Shown piece by piece: positions 36,701-48,700 of a stretch of DNA of 64,000 nucleotides. The notes under the pieces are model-generated. The model was not told the DNA's origin, ran no database searches, and saw nothing but the letters and a program-made list of their open reading frames with translations. The stretch lies in assembly GCA_036172245.1 (NCBI GenBank), contig JAYWIR010000049.1, positions 248,001 to 312,000 of the forward strand, read 5' to 3'. This DNA is from Raillietiella orientalis (taxonomy: Eukaryota). A program made the position numbers and the translations under genes. Every line of letters starts with the position of its first letter. Position 1 is the first letter of the stretch.

Positions 36701-39700
36701 GCAGCGGAGAGTTTCCCTGGCAAGAGAATGAGAGAATGGTCGAGGTTTCCCACTCATTCAGAGATATCTCCAGCTCTCTAGGGCCTGTTCTCCAAACAAG
36801 CGGGAGGGAAGAAGGAACCAATCTTGATCCATCCCCAAGCTGACTTCACCTATCCTACCTATGCTACTCTTTATATGCTACCTTGCCTGATTAACCTTTA
36901 ACCTAAACTAAGAAGATAGTTTTTAGAAGATAGACGACTTTCCCTTGGAGTTCAAACGTCACTCAGGGAAAGCCATGGAAACTTTCCGTAACCGCTCTCC
37001 AGCTAAGATCGGGCAGCTACGGGAGAATCGTCTCCAAAGGAAACCTCAGCCTTCTCGTTGTGGAAGATCGCTGCAGATAGACTCGAATCTTCCTAAGTCT
37101 TGCACAAGACTGCTGGCTTCGCAGGGACGATTCACACCCCTTCCTATGCACGGTGCACCTCTTGACCCCATCCGAGAAGTCATGTCGAGGCGCTGCAGAG
37201 AAGACATACGAAAGTGACAGGAAGCCTGAAACCCACCAGGGAGCTTCCCGTTCAGACCATCCCAGAGAGAGGAGTCGGGCAGGACTCCGGAAGAGCGCTA
37301 AGGAAGGGAGCACCATAAGAAAGGCAGGGAGTGGTCTGCATGTCAGGCGGATCCCAGCGAAGTGCACTCGAGATGTCGATGGGCCAATTGACGTAAAGCC
37401 AGGATAGGCGTTTTGCACATGTTCTGCGTCACTGGCAGGTTAGCTAGGGCCGGACTAATTACGATATTTGATTAGGTCAGGTCAGCTGATTTTGTCTCAG
37501 TAGGGTGGATTAGGCAGAAAAGGTAGACTCGTTTAGGTACACTGGGTTGATCAGGTAGGTTATATTAGGGTAGAACAGGTCAGGTTGGGATAGGTCAAGA
37601 TTTGGTTAAATGGAGTAGGGTTCCAGGGATGAGTTAAGTTCGGTAAGGCAGGATTGGTGGGGTTAGATAGATAAGGCTATCGAGGTAGAGTAGTGTAGGT
37701 AGCATGGCTTAGATTAGACTAGGAGAAGAGTAGGAAACGGATGGACCGGGCTGGAAATTAACTGTGGGCAGAGTGGGTTGCGGATGGACTGTCGTGAGCT
37801 TACAAGTTTAATGAAGAAATTTTTGTGTGCATTCAGCAAGGGTAGATGAGGTTGAATGAATAGGGTTGGTTAGGTTAGGTGAGGTCTAGGCAAGGGTAGA
37901 TTAGGTTGAGTGGTAGGAGTTATAAGTGTACAAGGTTGGCATAAGAGTGGGTTGAGTGGCGTTGGTTATAAGTGGACAAAGTTGGTCTAAGAGTGAATTG
38001 TGAGTGGACAGACTTGGGGTAAGAGTGGGAGAGTTGACTATATCAAGAGAGAGCTAGTTTTGAGAAGAATTTTTTGGATGGCTTTCATCAGGTAAGATGG
38101 GGGTTGGATAGATAGAGTTCCTTAGGTTACGTAGGATATGATGGGTTAGATTCGGTTAGGGTTGTCTTAGGTTAGGAATAGAAGAGGTTTAGTCAAAGGA
38201 GAGGTTGGTTAGGTGGATCAAGAGGAGACGCGTGAGGCGGACAGGTAGATGACATTGCCTGAGTTGGGATAGATCGAATCAGATGAGGAGGTATTGAATT
38301 GTTGGGGTTGGCTAGGTGGGGAGGGCATCCAGTATGGGCAGCTGGATCTTCTGAGTAGCTGGGAGGATGATGTCGTGTTGCGAGGGCGAACTATGTCAGG
38401 CTGATTGCATGGACCGTGGACCAAGGACGGTAGCCGAGAATCGCATCTTGACGCAGCGAACGCGTGTGCAATCTGCGCACCGGTCTGAGCGTGTCGCGGA
38501 GTGAGCAGGCGCGGCGCTCCTTTGCGGACGCACTTCCTGGAAGGGTCGTCCGCGCCGCCCACCAGCGACCCGCTCCCGATTGCTCCCTGCAAAGAGGTAA
38601 GAAGGAGAATTAGGATGACGACGGAGAGCGCCAAGAGAAAGAGGAGGGTGATTTTCTTTCCGATAGTGACTTTCCTATGTAGAGGGGATGACGCGCGGCT
38701 CCATCGGATGCAGCTCCTGCGCCATCCACAGCGCTCGTGGCCGGCGCGCTGAGCGCGCGCACCGTAGGGCAAACGGAAGGGGAGAGGTGCTGGAGTTTGA
38801 TTGTGAGTTCCCGGGGGAGTGTCCGAAAGACAAGCTGCCCTCGAGGGTCCAGAATCCCACGGGAGTGAGCGGAGCGCTCGATGTGGGTGGAGACGGCAGC
38901 GTCCCGGAAACACTGGTGGTGATGCCTGGTGTGAACACCCGGAAGGAGTGCGGGCATAGGCGGGAAGAGGGTTCTGCCCTCATCTTCCTGTCGAGCATTA
39001 GCTTTTGCGTATGTGGTGCATTTTTGGCCAGGACTTTGCCTGGTACCCTCTGCCTCCGTCCTTCCTCTTCCAAAGCCCCCTGCTGTGGATGTCTAGGGGA
39101 GCTCGACTGGGAAAATTCTCCAGGAAGAGAAGACCGTGGTGCTCATCCCAAGGTACTTCTCTGAGGGTGTTCGGGGAGCCGTGCATCGAGGAGGGAGAAG
39201 AACGGGAGCGGAGGAGAGTGTCTAAGCGACGGAACTGCTGCTGGAGGGCGGGAAGACCTACACTTGACGTCCAGAGCGACGGCGCTACTCTCGGCCTCTC
39301 CTTCTCCGTTACGGACGTAGCAGGAGTACCTCCCGGAGTAATTCTTGCTGACCTTCTGCAGGACCAGGGACTGGTTCGAGATGATCAATCCCTCCTTGTG
39401 GCTGTTGCGTATGGGGACTCCCTGAAAAGACAAAGAGCGTATGATCTCCTGGCAGCAAAAGAGACGGCAAACAACAAGAGCCTCAACGGGAGTTGGGGAG
39501 GATAGGAGGAACAGCTTCCTCCTACCGGGGTGACCCTTGTCCATACCACTTTTCCTCCTTATGATGACCTCATGTATTCCCGCGCTACCATGAGGTCTCC
39601 AGGAAACGAGGGTCCCGGAGAGTCTTGTCCAGTCTACCGAGAAAAGCCGGCCATCTCCAGAAGGAAACTCAAGGCTCAACTGAGAGTCCTCCTACATTCA

Positions 39701-42700
39701 CGATCGGCGGAGCAGTGCGAAGGGGGAGTGAGAGGCCTGAAGATGGCACTGTATAGGCAGCTCCAGCAACAGAAGGAGCGGAGAAGGAGGAAGAAGAGGG
39801 AAACTCCACAGGAACAAGAAGGAACCCTAGGAGCAGAGAGAGGGTGGTGAGAGCATTAAGAAGAGAATGGGGAGGAGAAAAACGAAGAAAAAAGGAGAAA
39901 GAGGCGAAAACCCTAAGGCGATGACAAAGAGATGAAAACCAAGATAGAAAGATCGATAATGAAAAAAAAGGTGAAATAAGAAAAGAAGACGAATTAAGAT
40001 GATGACGAGGAGGATCAAAGGGGAGAACTTGATAGGTGACCTTGCTCAGTGGTGCCTTCCAAAGAGCTCACCTACCCTTTTCTTCTTCTTCAGTTCCTCG
40101 AAGGGTGGCAGTGGGAAACACAGTAATCCTCTTGTTCCCTTGAAGTTTAAAGCCCCTCCCAACGTTGTCGACTCGCGTGTATCCCTTCGGACGAGGAAGA
40201 GGCTACTCTCTTCTTCGTCCGGAGGACTGGGCGCAACTTTGTAGGTGTTGCACTCACGTCTCGCTTCCAGATGAAGTCCTCGACCCGCGGGTTGCCCGTG
40301 GTGCAGCAGTCGAAGTAGACGTCCTGATTCTCGACAATGTTCTTCTCGTCCAGACAGATTCCCAGGGAGACGAAGGCAGTCGGGGGATCTGCAAAGCAAC
40401 TAAGCTTCAGAGGCAAGGCAGGTAGACGTCCGGCGCGCCTATGCAGCTGCTCCTCTTCCTCCTTTCCTCACGAGGCCATCCGCTCTAGTTTTCCCTTCGC
40501 GCACGTGCGCTCCTCGCACTCGCATAATGTCTCTGGACTGTCCCCACTGCAGGTAGCTCCTGCTCCGGGAAGGGACGGACGCCGCCAGGGCACGACCACA
40601 CCCCCTGCAAACCGTCCTCTTATTCTGCCCTGAGGAACCTCCAGTTAACGTCTCATGCGGGGGATCAGAGTGTCCCTGTTGCTTTCTGGAGGGAAGAATG
40701 CCAAGCGAAACGGTGATAACGGGGGTAGACGACTCAACCTTCAACATCCGTCACGGTGACTATCTCCCAAGAGGCGCTCGGCTACCTGTGCCCGGAGCAC
40801 GAGGGAATGCATCCCTTGCCCAAGACGAGAAGCCTCTTCAGAATGCGAGAACAGGGGATGAACGTCTCTGGAGCGTGCGGAAAGCGCAGTGAGGGACGCT
40901 TCCCAGTGTAGCCTCTCGATAGGGAAGAAAAAGAGAATGGCAAGGTGATTCTGGTGAATGCTGGTAAATTGTAATGCCGGGGGACAAGGAACACGAGTGG
41001 ACATGGAGCGGAGGGAAGACACGAATAAGGAATGGGAGAAGATAAACCGAGACGACAGAGGTCTTGGTAGTGGTGAAGAAAAAAGGGAGGATGGAGGAGC
41101 AAGAGAAAAGGAGGAAAGAAAAAGGAGGAGGAAGAGGAAGGAGGAAGAAATGAGGAAAGCAGTAGGAAGAGAAGAGGAGAAAGGGAGGAGAGAAAAGTGG
41201 GAGGAGGTGGAAGTACGCGATCCCATCTGGAGAACGTGGAGGCACAGATGTGCCTTGTGGCGATGACCGTGGGACCTTCCCTCGCTGGTCCATGAGGCAC
41301 CTCTTCACCATCGCATGAGCTTTGATGACAACTGCATCACATGCGCCGCATACCTCCTCTCCGGTAAGAAGCAGATAAGAGAAGTCGATCGAGATGTGAC
41401 CATGGTCACAAACAAGAGATGCAAGCCACGGACGAGTAAGGAAAGCTGCAGACCAATGGTCAAGACCATAAACGTGTCCCAGAGATCATGAACCGGAAAA
41501 AGGTAGCGGACAGAAGACCACTGAATGTAGGTGGAAAGCAGGAAAGCACCAAACTCCGGTACGGAATCCAAGGAGATGGAAGGATGCAGTGAGAGCAGTG
41601 GACAAGTGGCTGCAACCTTCGAGCCAACTACGTCCTCGTACTTCCCTGGAAACTCGACGATTGTTCCGCTCTACCGTCGTTTCCCGGAAGATGCAATTCA
41701 AAGTAGAACCTTCCATCCGATTTCCGACCGGAAAGCAGCATCGCAGAATGCTACAGTCCTCCCCCTCACTGAGCCAAACGTCGAAGCAAGGCGTTCCGTC
41801 CAACGGTGCGGGCCTGAAAACCTCCGGCGCTCCGAGCTTCCGCGCGAGCCCTTGCCCTTGCACTCGTAAAGATCAACGAGCTCCGAGGAAAGAAGGAACG
41901 GTGATGCATCCCTTTAGATAGCAGTCTCTCAATCTTACACAGCACATACAGCCTTATGGAATCCTCTTGAGCTCTGTCTCTCAGAATCGGGTTGCTGGAC
42001 CTGCAGACGAGCGTCTTGTCGTTGTGCTCTTGCTCCAGCTTCACGTTTACGACACTAGTAACCGTCCGATCCTGGGCATCTTCAATCTAGAAGCAAAGAA
42101 TCGCTGAAAAAACGAAAGGGCACTCTGCCTCCGAATAGTTCGAGTCGGTGAGGGGTGAAGTCACCTCCAAAGGGGAGGAAAGACCACCTCAAAATAATTC
42201 TGGCACTCAAGACGAAACAACTTGGAAGCACCGGGATGCCCACGTCTAAATCAGTTCGTTTGCGAGAAAACTCGGAATCACCGAAAAAAGGAGAGCGAAT
42301 TCTCTTTTCCTGCATCCCATCAGCAGCAATCTCTGTAGCCAGCGGCGGACCGGGATTTCTGAGAAAGACAGGACGATAAGGGTTCTGTCCCTTCCACAGA
42401 AAAATCAACACCCGTTTAAGTCATCGCCACAAGGGATTCTTCGCTCTGCGCCAGGAGACGCCAAGCTTCGATGCCAACTAAATCAGTACGACAACTCACG
42501 AGCAGCAAGAGATGCCAATCCGATCCCGAAGGTCTCTTCTGACCCGACCTCTCTGTAAACTCAATGTGGCAGAGGCAACGTTCCGGAAAGCTCTTGGACG
42601 TGAAGAGGAGGAATGCGGCGACTTTCCGCCTTATTTTGCATCTCACGCGTTAGCCGCGTTGCAGCGACCCCCTTCCGTATCGCAGAGGTAGGCAAGCCTT

Positions 42701-45700
42701 TCGTCCCGGCGCGTAGCAGCGTCTTAGACACAGGAAATGACTCTGAGCTCTTTTCTCTTAGCTCGAGTTTTGATTGTCCTCCGAACACCTTAGCCTTGCA
42801 CCTTTGTTGAGGGCACCCAGGGTGCAGTCCTGCTTGCTTCCTTCCTCCAAAATGATAAAGTCTAACCCGCGGTCCCGAGAGCCACTGGTTCAAATCTCTT
42901 CCGAGGAAGGATCTACTTCGAGAAATGGGTGCATCGTGGGTTTCGAGTCCCCCACGCAAGCTGACGCTAGCAGTGGTGGAAAACGGGTGTCCCCGTTGGC
43001 TCACTGAGATTTGAGGTTGAACCCTCGGGGTCCCTCCAGGAATCAAGGAGCCGGCTTCCTTCAATGTTCCCCTCCGAGTATGAGAGTGGAGTCGATTCCA
43101 TGGAGCAGGTTGATCTCCTCGGGGAGTTGCCTCTCCAGAGTGCAAGAAGCGCGCAACTCCCTTCGAGGAGGGCCCTCCAGAGAACTTGGTAAGCGTTTCT
43201 TCAAGTTTTCTCCAGTGGAGGAGCATTTTCCTTACAAAGAAAAATGGGGAGGGTCTCCCTTCGGAGATCCCTCCGGAGACAACCAGGGAGAGCGTTCCTT
43301 TCGGCATCCTCCTCCCAAACGTGAGAGGAATGGACCTTTCTTTCTCCGGACCCTTGAAGGATTCATAGGGTGGTTTTTTCGAGGTCACCTCTTAAATTGG
43401 AGGGTCAAGTGGAGATTCAAACTTTTCCATCTTAGAAGGCGTCGAGTCGTCGGCTAGCTCAGTCACCGTCAGCTCCTTCCTCGGAGATCTCCAGGAATTT
43501 TCGTCTTTTGCAGGGAAAGGTCATTCCCTCGTAAGACGGTGACGCACAACAAGTGCTGGAGATTCCAGGAGCGCGTGCCCTTCAGCTCGGGAACCGTCCC
43601 GAAAACCGAAGGCTCATCTACGGTTACCGCTGACTGGGGTACACCTTGCGAACGACCGGGCGCAGACCTGGAGGAAGGATGCAACACTATCTGCGGATGG
43701 ATGGTTTTTCGCTCTGAATCTCGTCCTCGAGACGAGACAGTACCTGCGGGATCGCAGCACAGATTCCCACCGGGGGTAATGCCCGGTTTTGGTCCAGCTC
43801 GCGGTAGCCCTTCGGCGTTTATGTATGGAAGGATAAAGACCGGGGATGCTGCGAGAAACGAACGGGAGAATGGAAGGATTCCCAAGAGTCTCAGGCCGAA
43901 GGCGACCTCATCTGTCCGAGGGGTGCTCTTTCCCACATCGCTTTGATGCCGAACTCGCGAACTTCCTCTCCCTATTCAGCAGGATTCTCCACCGGCGTCA
44001 CACAAGATGGCCTTTCCCGCGTTCCTTGCACGTGGACCATTGCAGTGGAGACACCTTCGCCTCGGAAACTCTTCGAAAGGGACCAGCGGATAGGAGAGAT
44101 GCCGAACTTTATCTACATGTTGTGATTTGGTCTCCTGTATGAGAAAGGCAAGAGCCTGCTGACCTGAAGTAAGGAACTCTTAGGGACAAAGAGCCCTGCA
44201 GCTACCTGCTGAAACATTTTGGCGGAAGGAAGCAAGTAGGACTGTGCCCTGGGTGCCCTCAACAAAGATGCAAGGCTAGGGTGTTCGGAGGACAATCAAA
44301 ACTCGAGCTCAGAGAAAAGAGCTCAGGGTCATCCCCTGTGTCTAAGACGCTGCTACGCGTAGGGACGAAAGGCTTGCCTACCTCTGCAATACGTAACATT
44401 CAGCACACAGTCGAGATGTGCCGCGATGCGGATCCACAGAAGCTGGAGGGATCCCTCAGATTGCAGGTGCGTGCGGAAGCGATTCGATCTTACAAGATCC
44501 CTTCCGGTGGTGCCGTAGGAGAGGAGAAGGGGGAATCAACCGTTGGGAAAGGTCGGATTTCCCTCTGGAGGAAGAGGCGAGGAAGGCCAGCTCACCGAAC
44601 AGCTGTCGACTATGATGGAAACCAAGGCGAAAGAAAACGGACTGCGAACAGTCCGCTTCTCCAAGCAGAGCTCTTCATAAAGGAGTCCCGCCCAGAATCC
44701 CCACCCCGGAACTCTGCAATCCAGGCTGAGGAACGCGGCTCGACCGCGAGGGACGATGGACTCTTCCTTGCAGCTGAGAAGGCGCGGTCATTCCAGAGTC
44801 CTTCTCGCTTTCCGGCCTGTCGAGGCGCCTGGCTGCAGCGTGAAGACAGAGAGAGTCCACCGTTTCTCGGCGTTGGCACCATCAGTGCACGAAACATCTG
44901 CAGGCCTCCGTCGAAGAAATGCTGACCTGAACACCCCGACGGAAAGGAGAACGCAGAAAGCTCTCAGAAATCAGAACCGGGCACGACGGGTGACTTCTTG
45001 TCAACGGAAGGGTTCTCTTCTCATCGGTTCGAACTGCCTTCGAAACGATTGCCGTCGCTCCAAAGGTCATCACTCTGCCGGATACCCGAAAGAGTGGCAG
45101 GCAACCTGCCTGGAGATGAGCAGCTCCGACGGAAGCGAGTCGTTCCTGGGCAGGCAATCCCGAGCGCGCACGGGGCTGTGTGAAAACCCTCTCTCGGCTG
45201 ACTTCCGACGATCAGGTTTCCTCTCAACAACCCTGGCAGCGGCAACGCGAACAGGAAGCCAGCCCCAAGGATCCGCTTCCACGGGTTCTCTGCACGGTGG
45301 GAAATCCTCGCGTGTCCCCAGGAGAAGTGCCGCCCGAACGCCTCGGACGGGGCGTGCATGCAGGCCGCCGTCGAGCGCCTAGAGGCGGGTTCGAGTCCCG
45401 GCAGCAGAGGCGGAACTGCTCCTGGCGGGAACGCACGCTGAAATTCCGGAAACGCACGACCGACTCGCCGCTTTGGGGGGCAGGAGGCATTAGGGACTTA
45501 TCGTTTTCTTTTCTTTTGCGTCTCCTTCCCGATGGTGATTCTCGATGGTGACTATGCGAATGTTCCGTACCGGACCACTAGCAGAATGCCGGAGTGGAAG
45601 CCAAGCAGTCGAGTCAGACCTTCGTGAAAGAGCTGGTGCTAACCGCGCCGACTGCTAACTTCGGAGAGAACAGGGCGTCATCTTCATCGCCATTCTCTTG

Positions 45701-48700
45701 TTCATCCGTTCTCATCCTCATCGTGCTCATGTTTATTCTCTTCCACCTTCCTGTGTCCCGGTTTCTCCTCACCTTCACCTGTCGTCGTCTTCATCAGTGT
45801 TTTCTCTGATACAACCTCGGCAAGAATCCAAAACGAATCCGAAGTATCTTTGTCAAGGCTATCTGCATTTTATCTCTCCTGTTATCTCGATGCCGGGGCA
45901 TCTTTGGAAGTCGAAACACACCTTATGGAGGAAGGTGATTGGAGGCAGCAGCGCAGCGCGCCTTGCACCGAAGGTTCTGTAGTTCCCGTTCCTTGGAGGG
46001 GACGGAAGAGTCCAGACTGACGCAGTTGAGGGGACTGGCTGGAACGGAAGGGCTGCCCCGCCGCAGGTCCGGCATTATTCCACGCGCGCAGGCTTGCGTT
46101 TCAGGGCGTGGTCGTTCCTCCGTACGCCTCCGGCTAGCCGGCGCGACCACCGATTGTGCCACCTCCGACGTGCGGTCGTGACCGCCACCAGCATGCCCGA
46201 AGACTCGCATGCAATGGGGGAGGGACGGGGGGAGCGCAGCGCCTGGATGACGTGAGCACTAGACCGACTGCTCCTGCTGCGTGCTCGAGGGGCCAGGTTT
46301 CACCCGCCGCGGTGACCAACCGCTGCTGTGATGATGACCTTCCCACTCGAACCGGCTTCCTGTCGGTGCGAAGCGAAGTGCGCGCGTGCAACTTCAAGAC
46401 CGAGCCGCGGAGATTCGCAGCAGTCTCCACGCGCACCCCTGACGGGAGCTAGACCTCCCTTGATCCGGTCAGGTGAATGTCGCCTGCGGCAACAGTATGC
46501 TCTCGGCGGCGCTGACCCACCCCGGGGTGCCGACACGGGTCAGACGTTCTTGCGTGAGGAGAGCGTGGGGCCTTCCTGCTCACGGAGGAGCACGCGCGTC
46601 TCTTCCTCCCGTCTTCCCCCTATGCCTCCCCCCCTTGTCGCTGGATGGGAGGGCACCTCGTCATCCATGACACCGACCCTGTTCCCTGTCCCTCAACAAT
46701 GAAATTACGTCCGGAATGCATAAATCGGAAATGACTGACGCTCGAGCGCCTTCCCAATTCGATTCCTCCACTCCGGAACATCATTTTCAGAATGATGGAG
46801 GAAAAGAGCCACTTGTCCCGAGAGCAGAGAAAAGGGGGACACGGAGCCCTTCATAATTACAAGCGCCTTATTAGGGTGGGGGAGCGGATAAAAATCCCCC
46901 TCCGGAAAATCATGTTCAATTAGGATTGAAAAAAAGTGGCACACGTGATGAGAAACGGACGACAAAAGGAGATGATGGAAGTCGTGGTGGAGGAGGAAGG
47001 GGAAAAAACGAGAAGGAAAAGACACGTGCAGGAGGAGCAGTGCACGATGAGGAAAAGTGTGGCAGCATGAGGATAGTAGTAGGAATGGAGAAAAGGAAGT
47101 GTAGTAGTAGTAGGATTTTAGAAGGAGTGTGGCAGTAGTAGGAATGTAGTAGTAGTAAGAATGTAGGAGTGTAATGGTAGTAGGAATGTAGTAGGATGAG
47201 TGCAGGAGGAGGGATGTATTAGTAGGAGGAATGTAGGAGAAGTGGTTATAAAAGTGTAGTAGTGGGAGTGTACTGATAAGAATGTAGGAGGAGTCCAGGA
47301 GGAAAAGGAATGCAGGAGAGGGAGTGTAGCAGTGGGACTGTAGTTGAAGTAGAGGAGGGTGAACGGAGAGAGAACGTTTGGAAGAGGAATGAAAGAAGGG
47401 AGGAATTGGATTGCAAGAGTAGGCGGAGGCAGAGGAACAACAAGGCGACAACACCGACGTCTGAGGAGGAACGGTTCCGCGGCCTCGAAGGAAGTGTTTT
47501 CAGGCTGATCTCTGCTGCGAAGTCCAGCCGACATCGTAAAAGCACACACCACACTCACATCCTCCCCTTCCCACCGACGTGCTCCGAAGATGTAGATGGG
47601 TTTCTCTAGAAACCACCAAAATGAGCAGCTCTTGAGACCAAGGACAGCGCCAGGAAAATGGCTATGACCTCCTATGTTTTACGTCAGCATCTCCTCTAAG
47701 AGAAGCACGGATGCACCCATGCTAATCCTGTTTTGATATCGACGAGCCCACCGAGACGGACATCAGTCACAAAGGATGCTCTTGCTTGGACTAGTTTCGT
47801 TGCTTTCCGCAGTCTCGAAATGGAACCACCTGAAGCTCCCGAATTTATCTTCGAGAGGATGTTACAAGCGTCGCTAGTGGGGTGAGCAGAAGGTGGACCG
47901 TCAGGTGGCAGCCGTCCTAACTTGGTTTTTCACTGCCCTTTTCTCTGGTGGACAGAATGTTTCCGGGACTTATATTAAACTTCATTTTCCCTTCTTTAGC
48001 CTCGTGTCTGATTCGAGGGTGTTTCTTGGAATGCGACTGCCCAAAAAAGTGCGGTCCAATGGTTCGCTTCGAACGTGGTGCAAGGTCAGCAAGCGCAGCT
48101 GCTACGCACGGGGTCTCCGGTACCCCCACCACGGAAATGCTCTTCTGCCCCCCCACTTTCCAGCGATGGTTGTTCGGGGATCAGCAGAACCTAGTCCTGA
48201 AGAGGGTCCCGATTCGCCTCTTCAGGACATGTTCCCACAGCACTCCCGTAGGCAGGGGCAGTCGGAAGATGCATGCGTTAGCCGTCCTTCGTCTCCAAGG
48301 GAAATAGAAAAGAACAAAGGACCCCTTCTTACCAGGTTCTGCACAGAGTCGAGTTCCTTCTCCTGCAGGAACCACACGATTTCGGATGTCGGGTACGACC
48401 CCAGAGACTGGCAGACTGCCCTGAGAACGGCTCCCACTCGAAGCTCTGACAGCTTCCACTTGTCGATGATGCTGGTCGTCAAAGGAGCGACTGGAACACG
48501 AAGAGAGGAGGGATGAGGTCGCCTGACTTAATTAGGTGCAGAGGATGCGCGCCCAACATGCCCAAAGTACTGCTGGAGTGCACAAATGAAAGAAGGAGAC
48601 CCAGTATTCCTGTTCCAATAAACTCGAAACTGCAACGAAGATGAAGATGCTGCTTCAGGAGAAGAAGGTAGGAGGATTATTCGCTCCGGAACTGGTCCCT

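Noticed and set aside
38570..38690. Hydrophobic stretch KITLLFLLALSVVILILLL as the missing TM segment, or a plus-strand 86-nt intron (38597-38682)
   Set aside because: It lies upstream of Ig5/FN3 and reflects a pyrimidine-rich tract. The plus-strand splice gives an immediate stop in the open frame.
44560..46560. GC-rich, coding-looking intronic segments
   Set aside because: Multiple stops, no recognisable domain and no consistent exon chain.
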